Shown: one piece after another, positions 51,140-64,000 of the stretch
How positions within the stretch are numbered: position 1 is the first letter of the stretch
Layout: each line of letters opens with the position of its first letter
Assembly: GCA_043228905.1 (NCBI GenBank)
Contig: JBHGNT010000009.1
Coordinates: 7,316,001 to 7,380,000 of the forward strand
Direction of reading: 5' to 3'
Length of the DNA: 64,000 bases
Origin: Azolla caroliniana
Lineage: Eukaryota > Plantae > Polypodiophyta
Position numbers and translations under genes: made by a program
Notes under the pieces: model-generated
What the model was told of the DNA's origin: nothing
The model's database searches: none
What the model saw: only the letters and a program-made list of their open reading frames with translations

Positions 51140-54100
51140 GTTCTGAGAGTACTCTCGCGTTCCCATGTGGCATCTTTTATTGATTTATCCATCCATTTTA
51201 TTTTAAATTCTCGGATTTCTTTAGTACGTAATTTTTTTTTTTAAACATCGAGAATTCTTTCTGGTACATGTGGTTTAGAAGATACATTTTCAGAAGTAAC
51301 CAGAGTTTCAGTTGTAAAGAACCTAGAAGTTCTTTTAGACGACTCACATGAAAAACTGGATGAATTCCAACACCATCGGGAAGAGCGAGACGATAGGCTG
51401 ATGACCCAATCCGTTTGAGGATTGTAAAAGGTCCACAAAACCGTGGGGCTAACTTAGCGCACTTACCCATTGACAATGTCTTAGAATTGTGAGGTACACG
51501 TAAAAATACCTTCTGTCTAGGGTTGAATACATGACGTTGCCTATGATGATCGGCATAAAAACGCGCTCTATCTTGAGCTGTTTTTATATTATCTCGTGCA
51601 ATATGCAACATATCTTGCATATCCCGAAGAAAGTTTTGCGTACTTCGCAACTCATCATGATGTATATTCACATCAATCGGGGCTCGTGGCTGAAAACCAT
51701 ACATCAACATAAAAGGACTATATCCCGTCGACGTATGCGTGGAGCTGTTATAAGCAAACTCCAAATTTGGGAGATAACGTTCCCATTTTGTTGGTTTTGC
51801 ACCAACATATGCTTGAAGCATGTCCTCAATAATTTGATTTACTCATTCTGTTTGTCCATCGGATTGAGGATGATCCGTGGAGCTCATGCTCAACGTAGTT
51901 TCTAACTTCTTAAAGACTTGCGTCTAGAAGTCACTAGTAAATTTTGGATCTCGATCACTCACGATATCCATCGGTAACCCATAAAAACGAAATAACTCGT
52001 CCACGAATTGGTAAGCCAATTCAAGAGCTATTACTGTGGTTTTAGTAGCAATAAATCTGGCCATTTTAGTTAGTCGAATAACCACAACCCAGATGGCATC
52101 ATGGCCTTTTTGGGTGCGAAGAAGGCTAACAATAAAATCCATGGATATACTTTCCCACTTATTATTGGAAATGTCCAAGGGATGTAAAAGTCCTGCGGCT
52201 TTAAGTCGCTCGACTTTGTTAACCTGACATTGGTGACATTTAGTCACATAGCTATATATGTCAGGACGCATCTTAGGCCAATAAAATTGAGTGGAGATGA
52301 GAACGAGTGTACGATGTATTCCAGGGTGCCCTACTGAGGGTACATCATGGCATTAAAAAAGAATCCTCTTTTTGACCTCGGGTAAATCTGGAACACAAAC
52401 CTTCCCATTACGGTAGAGCAATCCGTTAGCAATGTGGAAGTATTCCTTCGAGGATGTGGTGGTGTCTGTTCCAGACTCAACTCTTGCCCAGTATTTTGCG
52501 AAATAACTGTCATTAGGATAATTTCCTCAAAGGTGATCATAAAGATCTGATGATATTTCAGTGAAGCTAAGCGTGTTAACTTCATGGATGCGACTTAGTG
52601 CATCAACAACAATGTTCATGGAACCTTCACGATATCGTATGGAAAAATCAAAGTCCTGGATGAGATCAGCCCATCGTGCCTTACGACCTTTTAGGTCTTG
52701 TTGGTCACAAAAGTATTTAAAGGACTTGTGGTCCGTAGTTACCACAAAGCGATTTCCATAAAGATAATGGCGCCATGTTTTGAGCGCATGTATAACTGCA
52801 AATAATTCCTTTTCTTGAATAGTATACCGACATTGAGCAGAATCAAGTTTCTTACTCACGAATGCTATTGGTTTACCATCTTAATATAAGACAACACCTA
52901 TAGCATAATCGCTTGCATCGGTTTCAACCTCAAAAGGTTTTGAAGGATCGGGTAAAAGAAGTGAAGGAGCCTTGCATACCAGGTCCTTGAGTTCCTTAAA
53001 GGCGAGGTGTAGTGTAGCATTCCACACAATAGGTTTTGTAGACTTATGCGTTTGACCTTTTAGAAGATCAGTAAACGGCATCGTCAATTGGGAGTAATTA
53101 CGAAGGGATTTTCGCAAAAACTCGACAAAACCAAGGAATGATCGAACTTCTCGAATATTCCGAAGAGTGGGCCAAAGCTTGATTTTCTCGATGTGAGAAG
53201 GATCAATTTCGACTCCTTGTTCGGTTATGAGATCTCCAAGATAAGTAATTGATTTCTTGAAGAACTCACATTTTGAGATCTTCGCGTAAAACTGTTTGTC
53301 ATGCAATGTTTGTAAAACAAAGCGGACATGTTTAGCATGTTCCTTTAATGTACCGCTATAAACTAAAATATCATCCAAGAAAATAACGACAAATTTTCCA
53401 AGTTGTTCTCGGAAAATGTCATTCATTTCTTGTTGAAATGTAGCCGGAGCATTGGTCAAACCAAAAGGCATAACCAGAAACTCATAATGGTCATAGCGCG
53501 TACAAAATGCTGTTTTAGGAACATCGTCCTCACTTATACGAATTTGATGGTAGCCAGTACGGAGATCAAGTTTCGTAAAATACCGACCTCCCTGGAGACG
53601 GTCAATTAGATCGTCAGCCCAGGGCAATCGATACGAATTCTTGATCGTCACTTTATTCAAGCGTCGGTAATTAATACACATACGCCATGTGCGCTCTTTC
53701 TTTTTAACCAAGAGAACTGGTGCACCCCATGGAGATTTACTATAACGTATATAACCCATTCATAAATAGTCCTTGAGTTGCTTAGATACCTCATCCTCTT
53801 CTGATCGACTTAAGCAATAAGGAGGTATACTTATTGGTGCAACACCAGGTATAATATCTATATGATGGTCTATATTACGTTTAGGAGGTAAGCCATCTCG
53901 TACTTCACTCGGAAAAACATCACGAAAATCATTTAAGATTTCATCAAGTTGTTGTTGTTCAAAATATATTAATTGAACCGAGACATTATCGATATTGTAA
54001 ACGTGAATGTCCGGATCAAGTACACAATAAAATAGAGTAGAACAAGACAACTCAGATATTGATGGACACGAGGAAACAATCGAGAGGGATTGTTTTTTTA

Positions 54101-55398
54101 CACATTGAATAAAATGAGTACAATCATTCAGTACAAAGGAAATGGAATGGTGAACCCAATCGATAGATAAAGAAGAGTTTTTATTATAAAACCAGGGATA
54201 ACCCAGTATTACATCAGTGGTACAAAGATTCATTACATGGAAGTCTACTTCCTCTATATAAGTGTCAATAGAAATTCCTAATGAATGAATCACCCCGTTG
54301 ATGTGTTGTACTCTTCCATCAACCAAGTGCACCGTGTAGGTGTGATCGCTTATGGTGGGTTGGATTCCCCATATCTGAACCAAACGATCATTCACAAAGT
54401 TGTGTGAGCTTCCCGAATCAAATAAAAATTGTACGGGAGATCCATTGATATACTTGTTTGCACGTAGTAAATCATTGGGACCCAATACATAGTGAGGGAA
54501 AGAACATTGACAATTACTTAAATGATGTGTATAGACCTGATGTGTATAGACCAGTGATAGTCCGAATTGGGGATGCCATTGACAAAACAAGCTATTAACC
54601 AGTTGTCCCCTTCTAGACCCGATTTTTGGATTTGGGTTCTAGCATGGTGGACACTGTCTTCTAGCAAGGAAAATTTCTGACTAGAGAGGTTCTTTAAAGC
54701 TTGTGTTGCTTCGGTTCAAGAGGGAGGTTGCAGAAATTGGCCCTTGAAAACTGTGAAATAATTTGTCCAGGTATCGGGCAATTTCCCCAAAGTATGTGGA
54801 ATCACATTCAGCCAATGTTGGCTGCAACATGATGTTTTCAGAGGCCATAACAAATGCCATCATTATTTAGTCCCTTTTTTTACGATATATACTTATGGAG
54901 TGGAAACTATTATGTACAATTTGTAGATTGCCTTTGGCATTGTTAATTTTAATACCAATGGAGCATATTTTTTATGGAAAATTTCCCCAAAGTATGAAGC
55001 CCACGCCACTAGGCGGCAACCTTACCCCCTAGTTCTCGGTTGACATATGCAATCTTCGTACTATCTGGCGTGGGATAAAGCTCAAAATGACACTCCCATC
55101 GGCCCAGCCACATGCAGATTGCTTCTTCGGTTCTTTCCTTTTTGTCTCCCGTAAATGGCTTAACGACAAACGATGGTTCACCCTGTCGCTCATCAGGTCT
55201 ATTAGTCGCAAGTTGTAGACTAATGACACGTGCCTCGAGAGCACTTTGAGATTGCCGAAGTTCGGTCATCTGTTGAGCGGTGAAACTAAGGTATTGGGTT
55301 ATTTGCGAAAAATACATCTCAATGGACATTTGTCCAGGAGGATTCCCTTGAGTTCCTTCCGCTTGAGCGGAGGACATCGGGTCGTTATTTTGAGCCAT
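51140..55398 (-). pseudogene. Gypsy gag-pol of element I (gag, protease, RT, RNase H, integrase, chromodomain-like tail), disrupted
   Basis: LFDSGSSHNF, SPWGAPVLLV, MPFGLTNAPATF, FLDDILVYS, ETDASDYAIG, EKELFAV, ISMDFI, IVSDRDPKFTS, GPFTI, PERILD...WMDKSIKDATWE. Confidence 0.92.
54797..54980 (+). mobile_element. 184-bp retroposed insertion in the gag of element I
   Basis: Flanked by the 16-bp direct repeat ATTTCCCCAAAGTATG (54781-54796 and 54981-54996); removing it restores gag WRGLHTLGKLPDTWTNYF. Confidence 0.82.
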
Positions 55399-56585
55399 TA
55401 AATGACAATTACTGAAAAAAAAATAGGATAAGGTTAGAGAGATAGTCATAACATCATGTGGTGATGTAAACCTATCATGGGCAAGCATTAATCGATATCA
55501 TTATCTCACGTCAATACCCCTCTAGACGTATGAGATGAGGTTCAAGATCAAGTTACTATGGTAACACAAAGGTGTTTTAAAAACCATGGGGGTGATAAAT
55601 AAATCTCTTTCCCTGATCTCTATATCGATTTTTTCATGGTGGCTCCCCAAGGCTCAACCATGTATGTTCACGTCATGGATAGTTTATACACGAAAAAAAT
55701 GTTAACAATAAACTATATTTCAGTGTCCACATGTGGTTTTGGCTCTTTAAGTCCTATTACGAGGACCCCGAAGTGCACTTAGACCTCAATTCTAAACATG
55801 CGTTATAATCATATGTATCAACGATGTTGTATGGTCTTGGTCATATTTGAACTCGAGACCTCGAGAACAAATGCATTAAACACTTGAGCCAACCAAGTAG
55901 GTTGCTCTTCTTGAATGTTTAATGTTTAATGCGTATAAGAGATATGTGAGGCATTTGCCCATATATGTTTTTTTAAAAGAAACATATATATCAAGAGTCC
56001 TTATTTCGCCCTCATTTACTACAACTATGTTGGTACGTTACCTAACCTCAAGTCTCGTAATTACGATGGCATACGCCAAAGTGCAACCTAATGGTCAAGC
56101 CAAATGAGCCCTCTTTTCGCAGTAGGCCCACGTGGCCCATCACATGGTCACATCATTACGAATGCCTCTCGTAAGAATGATCTCATGGTGGCATCGTATC
56201 CATGTAATGAGGGAGGGAAGTTGGATACGTGTGTCATAAGAGAGACCTCACATGAAGTAGGTCAAGCCCTACGTACTCAAAATCACTATGGCTATAGCGT
56301 TTCTTTACGTAATGAAATATCGAAGTCACCAACGGGGATTTCAACAATCAAAATTTGTTGAAAAAAGGGATGGTGACAACGCTATTCTCACAAAAATGTG
56401 AGGACGACCACCAAGATCCTTTCCCCGAAAAGGAAAACATTCGATTTAAAATCACTTAATAACTTATATACACATATGTATATTATCACATATATACGAT
56501 CAACTACGTATACACGTGACCACATATGCCTATATTAAAGAAATTGTTATATTTAATAGCCAAAAATGACGTAATAGAGATATGT

Positions 56586-56845
56586 AATCGAGGCATATAC
56601 CTCTATACACACGAGACATCCAAAAATAAGGGTTAATCGTAATACGCAATTGAGGTATTGACCTCTTACGTATACGAGACCAAACGCATATCATTTACAA
56701 CAAAATCGAGGTGTTGACCTCATACGCAAACGTAACATATGTTTGTGAATGTAATACGTAATTGAGGTATTAACCTCGTACGCATACGACACTCATAACA
56801 TATTATTTATATGTCGAATGAGGTATTGACCTCATGCACATAAGT
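56586..56845. repeat. Five spaced palindromic repeats GAGG(N6)CCTC in the leader of element I
   Basis: Cores start at 56590, 56652, 56708, 56764 and 56820. Confidence 0.85.
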
Positions 56846-57729
56846 AAGCGTTTTAGATAACCAATTAAATACCACTACAACATCATTTAATTAATGAAAA
56901 TAATCTACATATTAACCATAGACATGATTAGATGGGAGAAGAAAAAATAGACAAAAAATAACAAGAAAGATTACCGAAGTTCCTTGTTGATCCTCGTCTG
57001 CATGAAGGCCAACCGCACAACGATCGATCGCCATCCATCGAGAAGATAAGACCAACAAAAGAAATATTAGTACAAAGGCCCTAATACCAAATATTAGAGA
57101 CATGTACTAAAGTAAGCATTAGATAAGGATAGATATAAGTAGATAGAAAGAAAGGAGAAAGAAAAAGAAGGGTGCCGATCCACCAAATATTAGAGACATG
57201 TACTAAAGTAAGCATTAGATAAGGATAGATCTAGGTAAATAGAAAGAAAAGAGAGAGAGAAAGAAGGGTGCCAATCCACCCGACCACCTCCGAGCGAAGG
57301 GATTGAGATGGACTCGAGCCTCGATCGGCGTCCCATACCACCGCCGTGGCGTCGAGTCGTACCTGGTGCTGGCGTGCTCGCTACAAGAGTTGACCCACCA
57401 CAAGACAGAGTCTCGACGTAGTCCACAAGTTGGTGAAATGAGGGTAGCTAGGCCTCTTATTTATAGAGATACCCAAGGCCCCCAGGCAAGTTCACACTTG
57501 GCCTAATGGGTTGTCTCAATCCTGAGGATTAAAAGTAATCCTCCCCTTCTTTACACTCTCGTTTAACCCTCACACTTATCCACGTGTATAGAATACTATG
57601 GTAAATTCTCACCACGGGATATTATATGGTCATGCCCGTAACATCTTGGCTCTCCCTTCGTCGGTTCTTCCCTCACAGGCGCAATCGGCAATCTCTTTGC
57701 CTTTGCCTGCTACAGTGTCTTTGCTCGTT

Positions 57730-60700
57730 CTCCCCCTCAAGTGTGGCACGTCGAGATGCTGAACACCAAACATTTCGGTGAAGTGCTGCAACTTGTCCGA
57801 TCCGAGTGGATTGGTGAAGATGTCGGCAACTTTCCGATCCGTGTGAACATACCGAAGTTTGACCTCACCGCTCAGAACACGCTCACGCACGAAGTGATAG
57901 TGCACTTCTATGTGCTTTGTGCGAGCATGGAATACGGGGTTCTTGGCGAGCTACATGATGCTTATGTTGTCGCAGTAGATCAGAATCGGAGTCGGTACCT
58001 CGATCCGTAGGTCTTGCAATAGTCGCCAAAGCCAAATGGCTTCACAGGTGGCAATGGTAGCGCCCCGATACTCATCCTTAGTGCTTGATAGAGCAACTGT
58101 TGGTTGCTTTTTGCTACTCCACGCAACAACCGCACTACCTAGGGAAAACATGTAACCGGAGGTTGATCGGCGATCTGATGCATCATCGACCCAGTCGGCA
58201 TCTGTGTAACCGACCAGCTTTTCGGTTATACCTCGCCAGTATAACAATCCCCAGTCCTTCGTGCCGCTCCCATACCACAATATTCGGTGCGCACACTGAA
58301 GATGCTCTACGATCGACTTCTGCATGAATTGGCTAATCACACTAACCGGATAGCTGATGTCGGGTCGGGTGATGGTTAAATATATAAGGTTTCCGACAAT
58401 TTGTCAAAACCGTTTCTCATCGAAGGCCGGTCCGGAGTCGTGACAGAGCTTCTGGTTCCGGTCCAGCGGAGTAGAGATAGGTCGGCATTCCGTCATGCCG
58501 AACTTGTACAACATATTCAACACATAGTGCCTTTGTGAGAGCAATATGCCGTCGGGGGTTCGGATCACCTCGATCCCAAGAAAATAATGAAGGTCCCCCA
58601 AGTCCTTCATCTCAAACGCATCCGGCAACTGGGACTTGACTCGGCTGATTTCATCGAGTCCGGGTCCGGTGATGACCAGATCATCAACATACAACAAGAT
58701 GCAAACCGGACTGTCCGGACCTTGCCAGATGAACAACGAAGAGTCGGACTTGGAGGCTGCAAAACCCATCTTACACAACCGGTGCTTGATCTTCGCATTC
58801 CAAGCTTGGGGGGCTTGCTTTAGGCCATAAAGTGACTTCTTCAGCCGGCATACTGCCGACTTGTTCATCTCCGTCGGGTTGTATCATGAAGACCTCTTCT
58901 TCAAGATCTCCTTGAATAAATGCATTCTTCACATCCATCTGGTGAAGATGCCACCCCCTTGCTGCTGCAACTGCCAGCACCACACGAACTGTCTTGTGGT
59001 AGTCGATTCCGTGGGTCTGTGCGTATCCCTTCGCTACTAACCAGGCCTTGTACCGGTTAACTGAACCATCGGCATTGTACTTTACCTTGTACACCCACTT
59101 GCATCCGATTGGTTTGCTGTGACGAGGAGGGTCAACCATGTCCCATGTATCGTTGGCATCAAGTGCCTGCATCTCTTCTTCCATAATGGCACACCAATGT
59201 GCGTCCTTTGCCGCTTCTGCATAGTTCTCCGTCTCATGTACTTCCGCCACCTTGGTCATGTACGCATAGTGATGCGCCATGTACTCATTGTACCCGTACC
59301 GCATAACAGGTTCCTTCTGGCGGGTTGACCGACATAACCCACCGTTACCTGGTTTGAGGCCCTTCTTGGCTGGTTTGGTCTTCGGTGCCAAAGAACCGTC
59401 ATTTTCCTTTCCGGCGTTGGATCCGCTCCGATTCGACTCATCAATACCGGTTCCATAATCCAGCATCTTCTTCTTCCCCTTCTGTTTGCATGTGAACCGT
59501 CTCCTCGGTTCCTTGTGCGGGGAGAGCACGACAGAGTCTTCACTACTCACTGGTTCTTCTTCTGACTGGTCGGATTGACCCAATCTCTCGTTCGGCCCAC
59601 TCAATCGAAACGATTCCGGACTCTCTTCTTGAGTCCCAGATTCATCATCTTTTAACAAGACCAATTCAGGCTCACTAGCCTCATCCTTGGGGTTAGAAGT
59701 CGGAGCTGGTAAGGCATACCATGATGCCGTCTCATCAAACTCAACATCGCGGCTAACTCGGACCTGCTTCGTCCGGAGGTTATAACACTTATACCCCTTT
59801 TGCTCATGTGAGTAGCCAACGAGGATGCACTTCTCCGATTTTGCATCCAACTTCCTCCGCTTCTCATTCAGCACATGCACATATGCTATGCTGCCGAAAA
59901 TCCGAAGGTGTCTCAAATTCGGCTTGCGCCCAAAATACAGCTCATGCACGGACACCTTGTCACCAATCCGGTTTTGGATGTAGACAACCGTTCGGACCGC
60001 CTCCACCCAGTATAAATGGGGCATGGTCCTCTCTTCCAGCATTGCCCTTGTTGTGTCGACAAGCGACCGGTTCTTCCTTTCGGCCACACCGTTTTGCTCC
60101 AGTGTGTATCTGCAGCTGAACTCTCTCTGAATTCCTGTTTGTTGCAGATAACTGTTGAATTGGCCGGAAAAATATTCTTTTCTGCCATCTGACCGCAGAC
60201 ACTTGATCTTCCTCTCTGATTCCCATTCCACCATGCTCTGGAGGTTCTGGAAACAGTCGAAGTCTTCACTCTTCCGCTCAATGAGGTAGATCCATGTGTG
60301 CCGGCTATAGTCGTCCATGAAGGAGACGAAGTATCGACTCCCGCCAAAACTCACGTTCTGTGCCGGTCCCCATATATCTGAATGAATAAGGTCGAGCTTG
60401 TTACAACTACGGTTTTGTTCGGGGGGGAATGGAAGCCGGTGTTGCTTCCCGAGTTGGCTGGCTTCACATATTTGGGCCTTCCGGCCACCAAACTTCGGCA
60501 AACCGAAAACAACTTGTTTCGTTTGCAAGTCTTGAAGCCGCCGATAATTGACGTGGCCGCTCTGCTTGTGCCACAGGTTGATGTCCGATTCGACCTTCTG
60601 TCCTTTGGCGAACAAGGCGGTGCCGACGTCATTCGTGTCGAGGATGAACATCCTCCCATCTCTGCGCCCTTGTGCGATAATCTGGCCCTCCTCCTCGATG

Positions 60701-61989
60701 AAGCACTCGAGGTGCGTAAACCGCACCTGCATTCCCTGGTTGACGAACTGTCCGACCGACACCAGGTTCTTCGTGATAGTCGGAATGTGTAATACGTTCA
60801 TCAGCTTCCCCCTTTGTCCGACGTGGCTTAGGGGAACTTCTCCAACATGCACGATTGGGTGAGGAGTGTTGTCTCCGGTTTCGACAACTCCCGGTTGTTC
60901 TGGTTTCTCCAGGAAGGAGAACCACTCTTTGTGGTTCGTCATGTGATTTGACGCACCGGAATCAACGTACCACACTTCCTCTGATTTGAAAGTGGTCTTC
61001 TTCATCGAATTTGCCTCGTGCTTCATCGCCAAGGTTGGCCCCTTACCGGTTTTTTTGGTTTTAGATCCTCCCGATCCTTTTGCGTAGTGCGAGTATTGCC
61101 AGTTCTCCTGACTGGTTTTGCCGGATCCAAATCTGTCCGAATCGACGCACTTCTTCTAGCACTTGTTTTCTCTATGGCCCTTTTTACCACAGTACTAGCA
61201 TTTTGTGGCAGATTTTTCTTGTTGGCTTCCGGCGCCGCCTTGACTCCCCCTGCTTGTGGAAGTCCCGGAACTGCTGTCAGCACGGTCTCTATGTCGTCGG
61301 TCTTGCCCTTGCCGGTCGCCTCCATTGCCTGCCGACCCGCCTCATCCACCATGCCCATGGGGCCGATCCGCCTCCATGAACAACATCCAGCTGTCAGTGG
61401 GTGCACTTGTTGATGCACAGGTGTGGTTCTCCTCTACAAGGAGCATCGACTGTAAGTCGAAAAATGACGGCGTATTCTCCCTCATACATACTACTATTCG
61501 GAAAGCTCGGAATTTAGACGCCAAATCCCCAAGACAGACCTGTACCATCTCGTCTTCCTCTATAGTGACGTTGATAGAGGCAAGCAAGTCACAGATCTCT
61601 TTGATTCGGGTCGTATAATTAGCCACTAACATGTCCTTCTGTCGGACATTGCTCAACTCCTGTCGGAGTTGCAGCTTTCGGGCTGTGGTGCTTGCGGCGA
61701 ACACCTTCTTCAGGTTTCCCCAAGCCTCTTTCGGCCTCCTGGCATCTCGGATGTGGCTCAGTAGCTAGTGTCCGACACTAGATGCAAAGTAGTACATCAC
61801 TCTGCTTGCCGATTGTACCCACACTGGGAAGTCCTTGTGTGCCGCATCAGGTGCTGTGTCGTTAGCTCCATCGACATAGCTCTAGTACCCATGCCCAAGC
61901 AGGTACTAGTGCATCTTGTAAGACCAAAATGCATAGTTGGTTCTGTCGAGCTTCTCCACCGGGAGCGAACTAGCCATTCCTCTATCCAT
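57730..61989 (-). pseudogene. Copia gag-pol of element H, disrupted
   Basis: 753-aa ORF 58771-61032 (protease WYVDSGAS, integrase, start of RT); 58404-58868 with YVDD; 57951-58340 RNase H; gag 61342-61704. Confidence 0.93.
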
Positions 61990-63419
61990 TTTGCTTTTCC
62001 TGTTCTTTACGAAAGTTTTTCTTTCAAGCTATGTGGGCTGTAGAGGTTCTCAACCCTCGCGCTCTAATACCATGTAAAAACAAATAGCGTGCGGAAGCAA
62101 TAGAAAACAGAAAACAAAGAACAGGTTTAATGGAGAGCTTAACAATACGCGAGAGAGACAGAGAGAGAACAAGAATCTCTATTCAAAAATTATATCAACG
62201 CTCTGTACATCGTATGTGTTCATCGAACACTTTTATATAGGTCCATACGGACTGACAGAAGTACGGTGTACTTCAATGCTCACTCGAGCACCTGAAACTA
62301 ACTACAAGAGTAATAACTCCCTAGTAGTCTAGCTGCTACCAGGCTTCCGATTACTGATGGATCCGGCTAACCGGCTCCCCAGCTCACCGGCTCACCGATC
62401 CGTCTTGCTCACCGGCTCAAGCTTATCCAACCGATTTGGCTCCAATTGAGCTTGCTGCTCAACAGAGTTCCCTTCGTGTGATGGGCCGAATTGGCCTCTT
62501 CTACCGCCTCAACTTTGTCCTCAGTCACCATCCGAATTCAAGAAGAACATTTGTCCTTATGTTGTCTTGGTTTTGGTTTGGATGTGGTTCTCTTCAACCA
62601 TTAGCATTGATAGAAGGTCGAAGAACGAAGGAGAATTTTCCATCGCCAAGATTGCCGTCCTCAATGAGTCGAATCGTTGTGCGAGGCCACCCAAGCGTAC
62701 TTGAACCATCTCTTCTTCGTCGACGTTTATTTTGATGGAGCCAAGAGAGTAGCAAATGCTCTTGATCTTGGCAGTGTAGTCCAACACGGACATGTCTTTT
62801 TGACAAATGTTGTTCAACTCTTGTCGAAGTTGAAGCTTTTGGGCGGTCGTGTTAGTGGAGAACATTTTCTCCCACGCCTCTTTGGGAGTCTTGGCGTCTC
62901 GAATGTGGCTAAGCATGTGGTCGTGGACACATGTTGCCAAGCAATACATGACTCGACTCGTCGGTTGCTCCCATGTTGAGTAGTCGGCGTTCTTTGGGTC
63001 GAGTCGATTTTCTTGATTGCCGTTGATGTAGCTCCAATACCCTTGGTCGACGAGGTATTGGGTCATCTTGTACTCCCAAGATGAATAATTGCTCCAGTCT
63101 AACTTTTCACCAGGGAGCGACCTACCCATTTGTGTGTTCATGTTGATTGTAGTGTCTTCTCTTCTTTTGCTTTTCTTCCTTCCATCACGTACATGTGCTA
63201 CGTAGCGGCACTACGGTAGCCGATAACCGGATTTTGTTGTCGGCTTCTCAAACACACAACCACGGAGTCGGGTGGGCTTAGTGGATTTTCTAAACCACAC
63301 ACTCTAATACCATGTTAAGAATTAGGTAAGTAATTAAGCAAGGGTTAATTAGTACCTAATTATGTGATTAGTTGATAAGCGGAAGATTAAGTGATATGTG
63401 TGTATGTGTGTGAGAGGAA

Positions 63420-63456
<37 letters not shown>

Positions 63457-63784
63457 GAAGTTAACACTTATGAACAACACAAGATGGGGGATGATTAACT
63501 CTATATTAAATTAACATTATCCTCATCAAATACAAAAATACCCACAATGAGGTATATATAGATCTCATGTGCAAGGGTGCACATGTGTGAGGAGAATATA
63601 GGTACAAGGGTGTAAGTCCTATATTAAATGTACTTGGGAGTGGAGGATCTAGAATATCCCACTTAAGTACAAGGTCCTATTTAAGGCATTATAGTCAACA
63701 CTTCTAACTAGATTCTATTTATGTAATTACGAAGTTACATGGTTGACGAACTAACTAAACTAAGTTGAGCTTGATCTCTCAACA

Positions 63785-64000
63785 CCATCGCTTAGAGGTG
63801 GTTCTTAGGATAATAGGTTTCTCAACTATCTTACAGTAACCCATTAAAATAAGCTAGATAGAATTGATTCATGTCATTAGTCTTAATAATAATGGGTTTG
63901 TTGAAGTTCCCAGGATAACATGTTTCTCAATTATCTTACACTAACCTTTTAAAATTAGCTATTGAATTAGTTTGTAAGGTGATGCCCATAATATGCCTCC
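63785..64000. repeat. ~100-bp tandem repeat, continuation of 43310-43529
   Basis: Collinear match to 43330-43529, ending in GCCCATAATATG. Confidence 0.8.

Larger units (their letters stand above)
50631..57643 (-). mobile_element. Ty3/gypsy chromovirus-like element I in the 3' non-coding region of H; 3' LTR 50631-51086, 5' LTR 57188-57643
   Basis: TSD TCTTG (50626-50630 and 57644-57648); PBS TGGTATTAGGGCC (57077-57089); PPT AAAGAGGGGGAGTA (51087-51100). Confidence 0.94.
49979..62464 (-). mobile_element. Ty1/copia element H (autonomous type, decayed); 5' LTR 62073-62464, truncated 3' LTR 49979-50086
   Basis: TSD GAGTT (49974-49978 and 62465-62469); PBS TGGTATTAGAGCGCGAGG; PPT 50087-50095. Confidence 0.94.
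43530..63784 (-). mobile_element. Non-autonomous copia element F (family of D, ~4 kb net) hosting three nested retrotransposons; 3' LTR 43530-44024, 5' LTR 63313-63784
   Basis: Matching LTRs; PBS TGGTATTAGAG ending at 63312; PPT 44025-44033; own sequence at 43530-44783, 48335-49978 and 62470-63784 (gag 62557-63141, protease 49507-49833, integrase 48301-49070 and 44061-44783). Confidence 0.92.

Noticed and set aside
56586-56845. True CRISPR array
   Set aside because: Eukaryotic retrotransposon context, no cas genes, degenerate repeats and related alternate spacers; kept only as a structured repeat
50631-57643. Hammerhead ribozyme (retrozyme) in gypsy LTRs
   Set aside because: No CTGANGA...GAAA core with supporting stems seen in the LTRs; the CTGATGA hits noticed nearby fall in coding remnants

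Overview
Eukaryotic plant nuclear DNA, most likely a fern or other non-seed land plant (inferred from a Tcn1-like chromovirus, long introns and AG microsatellites). A gene island at about 24.0-36.2 kb holds two intact spliced genes on the + strand: a type-A cytokinin response regulator (5 exons, 219 aa) and a DUF676 alpha/beta-hydrolase (10 exons, one GC-AG intron). Stacks of nested transposons flank it: six Ty1/copia-type elements plus two 5' fragments counted together as seven copia insertions, two Ty3/gypsy chromoviruses, three TSD-bounded solo LTRs, L1- and RTE-type LINE fragments and hAT MITEs. Most boundaries were fixed by TG..CA ends, PBS/PPT and target-site duplications (TSDs). The most unusual observations are: (i) two copies of a ~4-kb copia family that keeps Gag-protease-integrase but lacks all of RT and RNase H; (ii) a 9-10 bp hairpin placing the PPT/LTR junction in its loop in five copia elements with different LTRs, plus a second upstream PPT; (iii) a tRNA-like Pol III promoter inside the LTRs of the Tcn1-like chromovirus; (iv) a regularly spaced palindromic repeat array in a gypsy leader; (v) plant telomeric repeats filling a deletion junction. 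All of this was read by eye without database searches.
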